64,000 nucleotides of DNA from Auanema rhodensis (GCA_964057225.1 OZ059897.1:20522001-20586000); one strand, 5' to 3'. Positions 1 to 15,000 are shown, counted from the first letter of the stretch. Made by a program: numbers and translations. The notes: generated by a model from the letters alone, not told the origin.

Positions 1-3000
1 AAAGTAGATGTTTTTAGATTCCTTTTTTCAAGGCAAAGACGATGGACAATGTTATTCAACGAAAAAATTAATTCTTCAGGGTGAAAATCGAGGATATAAG
101 TGTGAATTTATATCAGTTGATATCTCGGTGCATTTTTAAGCTAGCGCAAATCTGATAACACAGATCGACGCAGCTTAAAAATCCGCATCGAATGCACTAT
201 ACTACATGGAAGAATGCTTAATACAAAAATTAGTTATGATCGTTTGAAAAATGATGCATTAGTGTATGTTGAGTTTCCATGTACACTCAACATTGCTTCC
301 AAAAACATTTTGACAAAAATTTTTTCGAAAAATTTCAAGATAATTTAGCAAAAAGTAGATGTTTTTAGATTCCTTTTTTCAAGGCAAAGACGATGGACAA
401 TGTTATTCAACGAAAAAATTATTTCTTCAGGGTGAAAATCGAGGATATAAGTGTGAACTTATATCAGTTGATATCTCGGTGCATTTTTAAGCTAGCGCAA
501 ATCTGATAACACAGATCGACGCAGCTTAAAAATCCGCATCGAATGCACTATACTACATTGAGAAACGCTTAATACAAAAATTAGTTATGATCGTTTGAAA
601 AATGATGCATTAGTGTATGTTGAGTTTCCATGTACACTCAACATTGCTTCCAAAAACATTTTGACAAAAATTTTTTCGAAAAATTTCAAAATAATTTAGC
701 AAAAAGTAGATGTTTTTAGATTCCTTTTTTTAAGGCAAAGACGATGGACGATGTTATTCAACGAAAAAATTAATTCTTCAGGGTGAAAATCGAGGATATA
801 AGTGTGAATTTATATCAGTTGATATCTCGGTGCATTTTTAAGCTAGCGCAAATCTGATAACACAGATCGACGCAGCTTAAAAATCCGCATCGAATGCACT
901 ATACTACATGGAAGAATGCTTAATACAAAAATTAGTTATGATCGTTTGAAAAATGATGCATTAGTGTATGTTGAGTTTCCATGTACACTCAACATTGCTT
1001 CCAAAAACATTTTGACAAAAATTTTTTCGAAAAATTTCAAGATAATTTAGCAAAAAGTAGATGTTTTTAGATTCCTTTTTTCAAGGCAAAGACGATGGAC
1101 AATGTTATTCAACGAAAAAATTATTTCTTCAGGGTGAAAATCGAGGATATAAGTGTGAACTTATATCAGTTGATATCTCGGTGCATTTTTAAGCTAGCGC
1201 AAATCTGATAACACAGATCGACGCAGCTTAAAAATCCGCATCGAATGCACTATACTACATTGAGAAACGCTTAATACAAAAATTAGTTATGATCGTTTGA
1301 AAAATGATGCATTAGTGTATGTTGAGTTTCCATGTACACTCAACATTGCTTCCAAAAACATTTTGACAAAAATTTTTTCGAAAAATTTCAAAATAATTTA
1401 GCAAAAAGTAGATGTTTTTAGATTCCTTTTTTTAAGGCAAAGACGATGGACGATGTTATTCAACGAAAAAATTAATTCTTCAGGGTGAAAATCGAGGATA
1501 TAAGTGTGAACTTATATCAGTTGATATCTCGGTGCATTTTTAAGCTAGCGCAAATCTGATAACACAGATCGACGCAGCTTAAAAATCCGCATCGAATGCA
1601 CTATACTACATGGAAGAACGCTTAATACAAAAATTAGTTATGATCGTTTGAAAAATGATGCATTAGTGTATGTTGAGTTTCCATGTACACTCAACATTGC
1701 TTCCAAAAAGATTTTGACAAAAATTTTTTCGAAAAATTTCAAAATAATTTAGCAAAAAGTAGATGTTTTTAGATTCCTTTTTTCAAGGCAAAGACGATGG
1801 ACAATGTTATTCAACGAAAAAATTATTTCTTCAGGGTGAAAATCGAGGATATAAGTGTAAACTTATATCATTTGATATCTCGGTGCATTTTTAAGCTAGC
1901 GCAAATCTGATAACACAGATCGACGCAGCTTAAAAATCCGCATCGAATGCACTATACTACATTAAGAAACGCTTAATACAAAAATTAGTTATGATCGTTT
2001 GAAAAATGATGCATTAGTGTATGTTGAGTTTCCATGTACACTCAACATTGCTTCCAAAAACATTTTGACAAAAATTTTTTCGAAAAATTTCAAAATAATT
2101 TAGCAAAAAGTAGATGTTTTTAGATTCCTTTTTTTAAGGCAAAGACGATGGACGATGTTATTCAACGAAAAAATTAATTCTTCAGGGTGAAAATCGAGGA
2201 TATAAGTGTGAACTTATATCAGTTGATATCTCGGTGCATTTTTAAGCTAGCGCAAATCTGATAACACAGATCGACGCAGCTTAAAAATCCGCATCGAATG
2301 CACTATACTACATGGAAGAATGCTTAATACAAAAATTAGTTATGATCGTTTGAAAAATGATGCATTAGTGTATGTTGAGTTTCCATGTACACTCAACATT
2401 GCTTCCAAAAACATTTTGACAAAAATTTTTTCGAAAAATTTCAAGATAATTTAGCAAAAAGTAGATGTTTTTAGATTCCTTTTTTCAAGGCAAAGACGAT
2501 GGACAATGTTATTCAACGAAAAAATTATTTCTTCAGGGTGAAAATCGAGGATATAAGTGTGAACTTATATCAGTTGATATCTCGGTGCATTTTTAAGCTA
2601 GCGCAAATCTGATAACACAGATCGACGCAGCTTAAAAATCCGCATCGAATGCACTATACTACATTGAGAAACGCTTAATACAAAAATTAGTTATGATCGT
2701 TTGAAAAATGATGCATTAGTGTATGTTGAGTTTCCATGTACACTCAACATTGCTTCCAAAAACATTTTGACAAAAATTTTTTCGAAAAATTTCAAAATAA
2801 TTTAGCAAAAAGTAGATGTTTTTAGATTCCTTTTTTTAAGGCAAAGACGATGGACGATGTTATTCAACGAAAAAATTAATTCTTCAGGGTGAAAATCGAG
2901 GATATAAGTGTGAACTTATATCAGTTGATATCTCGGTGCATTTTTAAGCTAGCGCAAATCTGATAACACAGATCGACGCAGCTTAAAAATCCGCATCGAA

Positions 3001-6000
3001 TGCACTATACTACATGGAAGAACGCTTAATACAAAAATTAGTTATGATCGTTTGAAAAATGATGCATTAGTGTATGTTGAGTTTCCATGTACACTCAACA
3101 TTGCTTCCAAAAAGATTTTGACAAAAATTTTTTCGAAAAATTTCAAAATAATTTAGCAAAAAGTAGATGTTTTTAGATTCCTTTTTTCAAGGCAAAGACG
3201 ATGGACAATGTTATTCAACGAAAAAATTATTTCTTCAGGGTGAAAATCGAGGATATAAGTGTGAACTTATATCAGTTGATATCTCGGTGCATTTTTAAGC
3301 TAGCGCAAATCTGATAACACAGATCGACGCAGCTTAAAAATCCGCATCGAATGCACTATACTACATGGAAGAATGCTTAATACAAAAATTAGTTATGATC
3401 GTTTGAAAAATGATGCATTAGTGTATGTTGAGTTTCCATGTACACTCAACATTGCTTCCAAAAACATTTTGACAAAAATTTTTTCGAAAAATTTCAAGAT
3501 AATTTAGCAAAAAGTAGATGTTTTTAGATTCCTTTTTTCAAGGCAAACACGATGGACAATGTTATTCAACGAAAAAATTAATTCTTCAGGGTGAAAATCG
3601 AGGATATAAGTGTGAACTTATATCAGTTGATATCTCGGTACATTTTTAAGCTAGCGCAAATCTGATAACACAGATCGACGCAGCTTAAAAATCCGCATCG
3701 AATGCACTATACTACATGGAAGAATGCTTAATACAAAAATTAGTTATGATCGTTTGAAAAATGATGCATTAGTGTATGTTGAGTTTCCATGTACACTCAA
3801 CATTGCTTCCAAAAACATTTTGACAAAAATTTTTTCGAAAAATTTCAAGATAATTTAGCAAAAAGTAGATGTTTTTAGATTCCTTTTTTCAAGGCGAAGA
3901 CGATGGACAATGTTATTCAACGAAAAAATTAATTCTTCAGGGTGAAAATCGAGGATATAAGTGTGAACTTATATCAGTTGATATCTCGGTACATTTTTAA
4001 GCTAGCGCAAATCTGATAACACAGATCGACGCAGCTTAAAAATCCGCATCGAATGCACTATACTACATGGAAGAACGCTTAATACAAAAATTAGTTATGA
4101 TCGTTTGAAAAATGATGCATTAGTGTATGTTGAGTTTCCATGTACACTCAACATTGCTTCCAAAAACATTTTGACAAAAATTTTTTCGAAAAATTTCAAA
4201 ATAATTTAGCAAAAAGTAGATGTTTTTAGATTCCTTTTTTCAAGGCAAAGACGATGGACAATGTTATTTAACGAAAAAATTAATTCTTCAGGGTGAAAAT
4301 CGAGGATAAAAGTGTGAACTTATATCAGTTGATATCTCGGTGCATTTTTAAGCTAGCGCAAATCTGATAACACAGATCGACGCAGCTTAAAAATCCGCAT
4401 CGAATGCACTATACTACATGGAAGAACGCTTAATACAAAAATTAGTTATGATCGTTTGAAAAATGATGCATTAGTGTATTTTGAGTTTCCATGTACACTC
4501 AACATTGCTTCCAAAAACATTTTGACAAAAATTTTTTCGAAAAATTTCAAAATAATTTAGCAAAAAGTAGATGTTTTTAGATTCCTTTTTTCAAGGCAAA
4601 GACGATGGACGATGTTATTCAACGAAAAAATTAATTCTTCAGGGTGAAAATCGAGGATATAAGTGTGAACTTATATCAGTTGATATCTCGGTGCATTTTT
4701 AAGCTAGCGCAAATCTGATAACACAGATCGACGCAGCTTAAAAATCCGCATCGAATGCACTATACTACATTAAGAAACGCTTAATACAAAAATTAGTTAT
4801 GATCGTTTGAAAAATGATGCATTAGTGTATGTTGAGTTTCCATGTACACTCAACATTGCTTCCAAAAACATTTTGACAAAAATTTTTTCGAAAAATTTCA
4901 AAATAATTTAGCAAAAAGTAGATGTTTTTAGATTCCTTTTTTTAAGGCAAAGACGATGGACGATGTTATTCAACGAAAAAATTAATTCTTCAGGGTGAAA
5001 ATCGAGGATATAAGTGTGAACTTATATCAGTTGATATCTCGGTGCATTTTTAAGCTAGCGCAAATCTGATAACACAGATCGACGCAGCTTAAAAATCCGC
5101 ATCGAATGCACTATACTACATGGAAGAACGCTTGATACAAAAATTAGTTATGATCGTTTGAAAAATGATGCATTAGTGTATTTTGAGTTTCCATGTACAC
5201 TCAACATTGCTTCCAAAAACATTTTGACAAAAATTTTTTCGAAAAATTTCAAAATAATTTAGCAAAAAGTAGATGTTTTTAGATTCCTTTTTTCAAGGCA
5301 AAGACGATGGACAATGTTATTCAACGAAAAAATTATTTCTTCAGGGTGAAAATCGAGGATAAAAGTGTAATATTATATCAGTTGATATCTCGGTGCATTT
5401 TTAAGCTAGCGCAAATCTGATAACACAGATCGACGCAGCTTAAAAATCCGCATCGAATGCACTATACTACATTAAGAAACGCTTAATACAAAAATTAGTT
5501 ATGATCGTTTGAAAAATGATGCATTAGTGTATGTTGAGTTTCCATGTACACTCAACATTGCTTCCAAAAACATTTTGACAAAAATTTTTTCGAAAATTTT
5601 CAAAATAATTTAGCAAAAAGTAGATGTTTTTAGATTCCTTTTTTCAAGGCAAAGACGATGGACGATGTTATTCAACGAAAAAATTAATTCTTCAGGGTGA
5701 AAATCGAGGATATAAGTGTGAACTTATATCAGTTGATATCTCGGTGCATTTTTAAGCTAGCGCAAATCTGATAACACAGATCGACGCAGCTTAAAAATCC
5801 GCATCGAATGCACTATACTACATTAAGAAACGCTTAATACAAAAATTAGTTATGATCGTTTGAAAAATGATGCATTAGTGTATGTTGAGTTTCCATGTAC
5901 ACTCAACATTGCTTCCAAAAACATTTTGACAAAATTTTTTTCGAAAAATTTCAAAATAATTTAGCAAAAAGTAGATGTTTTTAGATTCCTTTTTTTAAGG

Positions 6001-9000
6001 CAAAGACGATGGACGATGTTATTCAACGAAAAAATTAATTCTTCAGGGTGAAAATCGAGGATATAAGTGTGAACTTATATCAGTTGATATCTCGGTGCAT
6101 TTCTAAGCTAGCGCAAATCTGATAACACAGATCGACGCAGCTTAAAAATCCGCATCGAATGCACTATACTACATGGAAGAACGCTTAATACAAAAATTAG
6201 TTATGATCGTTTGAAAAATGATGCATTAGTGTATGTTGAGTTTCCATGTACACTCAACATTGCTTCCAAAAACATTTTGACAAAAATTTTTTCGAAAAAT
6301 TTCAAGATAATTTAGCAAAAAGTAGATGTTTTTAGATTCCTTTTTTCAAGGCAAAGACGATGGACAATGTTATTCAACGAAAAAATTATTTCTTCAGAGT
6401 GAAAATCGAGGATATAAGTGTGAACTTATATCAGTTGATATCTCGGTGCATTTTTAAGCTAGCGCAAATCTGATAACACAGATCGACGCAGCTTAAAAAT
6501 CCGCATCGAATGCACTATACTACATTGAGAAACGCTTAATACAAAAATTAGTTATGATCGTTTGAAAAATGATGCATTAGTGTATGTTGAGTTTCCATGT
6601 ACACTCAACATTGCTTCCAAAAAGATTTTGACAAAAATTTTTTCGAAAAATTTCAAAATAATTTAGCAAAAAGTAGATGTTTTTAGATTCCTTTTTTCAA
6701 GGCAAAGACGATGGACAATGTTATTCAACGAAAAAATTATTTCTTCAGGGTGAAAATCGAGGATATAAGTGTGAACTTATATCAGTTGATATCTCGGTGC
6801 ATTTTTAAGCTAGCGCAAATCTGATAACACAGATCGACGCAGCTTAAAAATCCGCATCGAATGCACTATACTACATTGAGAAACGCTTAATACAAAAATT
6901 AGTTATGATCGTTTGAAAAATGATGCATTAGTGTATGTTGAGTTTCCATGTACACTCAACATTGCTTCCGAAAACATTTTGACAAAAATTTTTTCGAAAA
7001 ATTTCAAAATAATTTAGCAAAAAGTAGATGTTTTTAGATTCCTTTTTTCAAGGCGAAGACGATGGACAATGTTATTCAACGAAAAAATTAATTCTTCAGG
7101 GTGAAAATCGAGGATATAAGTGTGAACTTATATCAGTTGATATCTCGGTACATTTTTAAGCTAGTGCAAATCTGATAACACAGATCGACGCAGCTTAAAA
7201 ATCCGCATCGAATGCACTATACTACATGGAAGAACGCTTAATACAAAAATTAGTTATGATCGTTTGAAAAATGATGCATTAGTGTATGTTGAGTTTCCAT
7301 GTACACTCAACATTGCTTCCAAAAACATTTTGACAAAAATTTTTTCGAAAAATTTCAAAATAATTTAGCAAAAAGTAGATGTTTTTAGATTCCTTTTTTC
7401 AAGGCAAAGACGATGGACGATGTTATTCAACGAAAAAATTAATTCTTCAGGGTGAAAATCGAGGATATAAGTGTGAACTTATATCAGTTGATATCTCGGT
7501 GCATTTTTAAGCTAGCGCAAATCTGATAACACAGATCGACGCAGCTTAAAAATCCGCATCGAATGCACTATACTACATTAAGAAACGCTTAATACAAAAA
7601 TTAGTTATGATCGTTTGAAAAATGATGCATTAGTGTATGTTGAGTTTCCATGTACACTCAACATTGCTTCCAAAAACATTTTGACAAAAATTTTTTCGAA
7701 AAATTTCAAAATAATTCAGCAAAAAGTAGATGTTTTTAGATTCCTTTTTTTAAGGCAAAGACGATGGACGATGTTATTCAACGAAAAAATTAATTCTTCA
7801 GGGTGAAAATCGAGGATATAAGTGTGAACTTATATCAGTTGATATCTCGGTGCATTTTTAAGCTAGCGCAAATCTGATAACACAGATCGACGCAGCTTAA
7901 AAATCCGCATCGAATGCACTATACTACATGGAAGAACGCTTAATACAAAAATTAGTTATGATCGTTTGAAAAATGATGCATTAGTGTATGTTGAGTTTCC
8001 ATGTACACTCAACATTGCTTCCAAAAACATTTTGACAAAAATTTTTTCGAAAAATTTCAAAATAATTTAGCAAAAAGTAGATGTTTTTAGATTCCTTTTT
8101 TCAAGGCAAAGACGATGGACAATGTTATTCAACGAAAAAATTATTTCTTCAGGGTGAAAATCGAGGATATAAGTGTGAACTTATATCAGTTGATATCTCG
8201 GTGCATTTTTAAGCTAGCGCAAATCTGATAACACAGATCGACGCAGCTTAAAAATCCGCATCGAATGCACTATACTACATTGAGAAACGCTTAATACAAA
8301 AATAAGTTATGATCGTTTGAAAAATGATGCATTAGTGTATGTTGAGTTTCCATGTACACTCAACATTGCTTCCAAAAACATTTTGACAAAAATTTTTTCG
8401 AAAAATTTCAAAATAATTTAGCAAAAAGTAGATGTTTTTAGATTCCTTTTTTCAAGGCAAAGACGATGGACGATGTTATTCAACGAAAAAATTAATTCTT
8501 CAGGGTGAAAATCGAGGATATAAGTGTGAACTTATATCAGTTGATATCTCGGTGCATTTTTAAGCTAGCGCAAATCTGATAACACAGATCGACGCAGCTC
8601 AAAAATCCGTACGAATGCACTATACTATATTGAGAAACGCTTAATACAAAAATTAGTTATGATCGTTTGAAAAATGATGCATTAGTGTATGTTGAGTTTC
8701 CATGTACACTCAACATTGCTTCCAAAAACATTTTGACAAAAATTTTTTCGAAAAATTTCAAAATAATTAAGCAAAAAGTAGATGTTTTTAGATTCCTTTT
8801 TTCAAGGCAAAGACGATGGACAATGTTATTCAACGAAAAAATTAATTCTTCAGGGTGAAAATCGAGGATATAAGTGTGAACTTATATCAGTTGATATCTC
8901 GGTACATTTTTAAGCTAGCGCAAATCTGATAACACAGATCGACGCAGCTTAAAAATCCGCATCGAATGCACTATACTACATGGAAGAACGCTTAATACAA

Positions 9001-12000
9001 AAATTAGTTATGATCGTTTGAAAAATGATGCATTAGTGTATGTTGAGTTTCCATGTACACTCAACATTGCTTCCAAAAACATTTTGACAAAAATTTTTTC
9101 GAAAAATTTCAAAATAATTTAGCAAAAAGTAGATGTTTTTAGATTTCTTTTTTCAAGGCAAAGACGATGGACAATGTTATTCAACGAAAAAATTAATTCT
9201 TCAGGGTGAAAATCGAGGATATAAGTGTGAACTTATATCAGTTGATATCTCGGTGCATTTTTAAGCTAGCGCAAATCTGATAACACAGATCGACGCAGCT
9301 CAAAAATCCGTACGAATGCACTATACTACATTGAGAAACGCTTAATACAAAAATTAGTTAAGATCGTTTGAAAAATGATGCATTAGTGTATGTTGAGTTT
9401 CCATGTACACTCAACATTGCTTCCAAAAACATTTTGACAAAAATTTTTTCGAAAAATTTCAAAATAATTAAGCAAAAAGTAAATGTTTTTAGATTCCTTT
9501 TTTCAAGGCAAAGACGATGGACAATGTTATTCAACGAAAAAATTAATTCTTCAGGGTGAAAATCGAGGATATAAGTGTGAACTTATATCAGTTGATATCT
9601 CGGTACATTTTTAAGCTACCGCAAATCTGATAACACAGATCGACGCAGCTTAAAAATCCGCATCGAATGCACTATACTACATGGAAGAACGCTTAATACA
9701 AAAATTAGTTATGATCGTTTGAAAAATGATGCATTAGTGTATGTTGAGTTTCCATGTACACTCAACATTGCTTCCAAAAACATTTTGACAAAAATTTTTT
9801 CGAAAAATTTCAAAATAATTTAGCAAAAAGTAGATGTTTTTAGATTTCTTTTTTCAAGGCAAAGACGATGGACAATGTTATTCAACGAAAAAATTATTTC
9901 TTCAGGGTGAAAATCGAGGATATAAGTGTAAACTTATATCAGTTGATATCTCGGTGCATTTTTAAGCTAGCGCAAATCTGATAACACAGATCGACGCAGC
10001 TTAAAAATCCGCATCGAATGCACTATACTACATTGAGAAACGCTTAATACAAAAATTAGTTATGATCGTTTGAAAAATGATGCATTAGTGTATGTTGAGT
10101 TTCCATGTACACTCAACATTGCTTCCAAAAAGATTTTGACAAAAATTTTTTCGAAAAATTTCAAAATAATTTAGCGAAAAGTAGATGTTTTTAGATTCCT
10201 TTTTTCAAGGCAAAGACGATGGACAATGTTATTCAACGAAAAAATTATTTCTTCAGGGTGAAAATCGAGGATATAAGTGTGAACTTATATCAGTTGATAT
10301 CTCGGTGCATTTTTAAGCTAGCGCAAATCTGATAACACAGATCGACGCAGCTTAAAAATCCGCATCGAATGCACTATACTACATTGAGAAACGCTTAATA
10401 CAAAAATTAGTTATGATCGTTTGAAAAATGATGCATTAGTGTATGTTGAGTTTCCATGTACACTCAACATTGCTTCCAAAAACATTTTGACAAAAATTTT
10501 TTCGAAAAATTTCAAAATAATTTAGCAAAAAGTAGATGTTTTTAGATTCCTTTTTTCAAGGCAAAGACGATGGACGATGTTATTCAACGAAAAAATTAAT
10601 TCTTCAGGGTGAAAATCGAGGATATAAGTGTGAACTTATATCAGTTGATATCTCGGTGCATTTTTAAGCTAGCGCAAATCTGATAACACAGATCGACGCA
10701 GCTCAAAAATCCGTACGAATGCACTATACTATATTGAGAAACGCTTAATACAAAAATTAGTTATGATCGTTTGAAAAATGATGCATTAGTGTATGTTGAG
10801 TTTCCATGTACACTCAACATTGCTTCCAAAAACATTTTGACAAAAATTTTTTCGAAAAATTTCAAAATAATTTAGCAAAAAGTAGATGTTTTTAGATTTC
10901 TTTTTTCAAGGCAAAGACGATGGACAATGTTATTCAACGAAAAAATTAATTCTTCAGGGTGAAAATCGAGGATATAAGTGTGAACTTATATCAGTTGATA
11001 TCTCGGTGCATTTTTAAGCTAGCGCAAATCTGATAACACAGATCGACGCAGCTCAAAAATCCGTACGAATGCACTATACTACATTGAGAAACGCTTAATA
11101 CAAAAATTAGTTAAGATCGTTTGAAAAATGATGCATTAGTGTATGTTGAGTTTCCATGTACACTCAACATTGCTTCCAAAAACATTTTGACAAAAATTTT
11201 TTCGAAAAATTTCAAAATAATTAAGCAAAAAGTAGATGTTTTTAGATTCCTTTTTTCAAGGCAAAGACGATGGACAATGTTATTCAACGAAAAAATTAAT
11301 TCTTCAGGGTGAAAATCGAGGATATAAGTGTGAACTTATATCAGTTGATATCTCGGTACATTTTTAAGCTAGCGCAAATCTGATAACACAGATCGACGCA
11401 GCTTAAAAATCCGCATCGAATGCACTATACTACATGGAAGAACGCTTAATACAAAAATTAGTTATGATCGTTTGAAAAATGATGCATTAGTGTATGTTGA
11501 GTTTCCATGTACACTCAACATTGCTTCCAAAAACATTTTGACAAAAATTTTTTCGAAAAATTTCAAAATAATTTAGCAAAAAGTAGATGTTTTTAGATTT
11601 CTTTTTTCAAGGCAAAGACGATGGACAATGTTATTCAACGAAAAAATTATTTCTTCAGGGTGAAAATCGAGGATATAAGTGTAAACTTATATCAGTTGAT
11701 ATCTCGGTGCATTTTTAAGCTAGCGCAAATCTGATAACACAGATCGACGCAGCTTAAAAATCCGCATCGAATGCACTATACTACATTGAGAAACGCTTAA
11801 TACAAAAATTAGTTATGATCGTTTGAAAAATGATGCATTAGTGTATGTTGAGTTTCCATGTACACTCAACATTGCTTCCAAAAAGATTTTGACAAAAATT
11901 TTTTCGAAAAATTTCAAAATAATTTAGCGAAAAGTAGATGTTTTTAGATTCCTTTTTTCAAGGCAAAGACGATGGACAATGTTATTCAACGAAAAAATTA

Positions 12001-15000
12001 TTTCTTCAGGGTGAAAATCGAGGATATAAGTGTGAACTTATATCAGTTGATATCTCGGTGCATTTTTAAGCTAGCGCAAATCTGATAACACAGATCGACG
12101 CAGCTTAAAAATCCGCATCGAATGCACTATACTACATTGAGAAACGCTTAATACAAAAATTAGTTATGATCGTTTGAAAAATGATGCATTAGTGTATGTT
12201 GAGTTTCCATGTACACTCAACATTGCTTCCGAAAACATTTTGACAAAAATTTTTTCGAAAAATTTCAAAATAATTTAGCAAAAAGTAGATGTTTTTAGAT
12301 TCCTTTTTTCAAGGCGAAGACGATGGACAATGTTATTCAACGAAAAAATTAATTCTTCAGGGTGAAAATCGAGGATATAAGTGTGAACTTATATCAGTTG
12401 ATATCTCGGTACATTTTTAAGCTAGCGCAAATCTGATAACACAGATCGACGCAGCTTAAAAATCCGCATCGAATGCACTATACTACATGGAAGAACGCTT
12501 AATACAAAAATTAGTTATGATCGTTTGAAAAATGATGCATTAGTGTATGTTGAGTTTCCATGTACACTCAACATTGCTTCCAAAAACATTTTGACAAAAA
12601 TTTTTTCGAAAAATTTCAAAATAATTTAGCAAAAAGTAGATGTTTTTAGATTCCTTTTTTCAAGGCAAAGACGATGGACGATGTTATTCAACGAAAAAAT
12701 TAATTCTTCAGGGTGAAAATCGAGGATATAAGTGTGAACTTATATCAGTTGATATCTCGGTGCATTTTTAAGCTAGCGCAAATCTGATAACACAGATCGA
12801 CGCAGCTTAAAAATCCGCATCGAATGCACTATACTACATGGAAGAACGCTTAATACAAAAATTAGTTATGATCGTTTGAAAAATGATGCATTAGTGTATG
12901 TTGAGTTTCCATGTACACTCAACATTGCTTCCAAAAACATTTTGACAAAAATTTTTTCGAAAAATTTCAAAATAATTTAGCAAAAAGTAGATGTTTTTAG
13001 ATTCCTTTTTTCAAGGCAAAGACGATGGACAATGTTATTCAACGAAAAAATTATTTCTTCAGGGTGAAAATCGAGGATATAAGTGTGAACTTATATCAAA
13101 TGATATCTCGGTGCATTTTTAAGCTAGCGCAAATCTGATAACACAGATCGACGCAGCTTAAAAATCCGCATCGAATGCACTATACTACATTGAGAAACGC
13201 TTAATACAAAAATTAGTTATGATCGTTTGAAAAATGATGCATTAGTGTATGTTGAGTTTCCATGTACACTCAACATTGCTTCCAAAAACATTTTGACAAA
13301 AATTTTTTCGAAAAATTTCAAAATAATTTAGCAAAAAGTAGATGTTTTTAGATTCCTTTTTTCAAGGCAAAGACGATGGACGATGTTATTCAACGAAAAA
13401 ATTAATTCTTCAGGGTGAAAATCGAGGATATAAGTGTGAACTTATATCAGTTGATATCTCGGTGCATTTTTAAGCTAGCGCAAATCTGATAACACAGATC
13501 GACGCAGCTCAAAAATCCGTACGAATGCACTATACTATATTGAGAAACGCTTAATACAAAAATTAGTTATGATCGTTTGAAAAATGATGCATTAGTGTAT
13601 GTTGAGTTTCCATGTACACTCAACATTGCTTCCAAAAACATTTTGACAAAAATTTTTTCGAAAAATTTCAAAATAATTAAGCAAAAAGTAGATGTTTTTA
13701 GATTCCTTTTTTCAAGGCAAAGACGATGGACAATGTTATTCAACGAAAAAATTAATTCTTCAGGGTGAAAATCGAGGATATAAGTGTGAACTTATATCAG
13801 TTGATATCTCGGTACATTTTTAAGCTAGCGCAAATCTGATAACACAGATCGACGCAGCTTAAAAATCCGCATCGAATGCACTATACTACATGGAAGAACG
13901 CTTAATACAAAAATTAGTTATGATCGTTTGAAAAATGATGCATTAGTGTATGTTGAGTTTCCATGTACACTCAACATTGCTTCCAAAAACATTTTGACAA
14001 AAATTTTTTCGAAAAATTTCAAAATAATTTAGCAAAAAGTAGATGTTTTTAGATTTCTTTTTTCAAGGCAAAGACGATGGACAATGTTATTCAACGAAAA
14101 AATTATTTCTTCAGGGTGAAAATCGAGGATATAAGTGTAAACTTATATCAGTTGATATCTCGGTGCATTTTTAAGCTAGCGCAAATCTGATAACACAGAT
14201 CGACGCAGCTTAAAAATCCGCATCGAATGCACTATACTACATTGAGAAACGCTTAATACAAAAATTAGTTATGATCGTTTGAAAAATGATGCATTAGTGT
14301 ATGTTGAGTTTCCATGTACACTCAACATTGCTTCCAAAAACATTTTGACAAAAATTTTTTCGAAAAATTTCAAAATAATTTAGCAAAAAGTAGATGTTTT
14401 TAGATTCCTTTTTTTAAGGCGAAGACGATGGACGATGTTATTCAACGAAAAAATTAATTCTTCAGGGTGAAAATCGAGGATATAAGTGTGAACTTATATC
14501 AGTTGATATCTCGGTGCATTTTTAAGCTAGCGCAAATCTGATAACACAGATCGACGCAGCTTAAAAATCCGCATCGAATGCACTATACTACATGGAAGAA
14601 CGCTTAATACAAAAATTAGTTATGATCGTTTGAAAAATGATGCATTAGTGTATGTTGAGTTTCCATGTACACTCAACATTGCTTCCAAAAAGATTTTGAC
14701 AAAAATTTTTTCGAAAAATTTCAAAATAATTTAGCGAAAAGTAGATGTTTTTAGATTCCTTTTTTCAAGGCAAAGACGATGGACAATGTTATTCAACGAA
14801 AAAATTATTTCTTCAGGGTGAAAATCGAGGATATAAGTGTGAACTTATATCAGTTGATATCTCGGTGCATTTTTAAGCTAGCGCAAATCTGATAACACAG
14901 ATCGACGCAGCTTAAAAATCCGCATCGAATGCACTATACTACATTGAGAAACGCTTAATACAAAAATTAGTTATGATCGTTTGAAAAATGATGCATTAGT

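Noticed and set aside
40-160. Hammerhead ribozyme in the satellite (CTGAAGA on minus at 73-79; CTGATAA on plus at 152-158)
   Set aside because: I could not build stems I-III with a correctly placed GAAA and NUH. The plus-strand motif also lacks the conserved G of CUGANGA.
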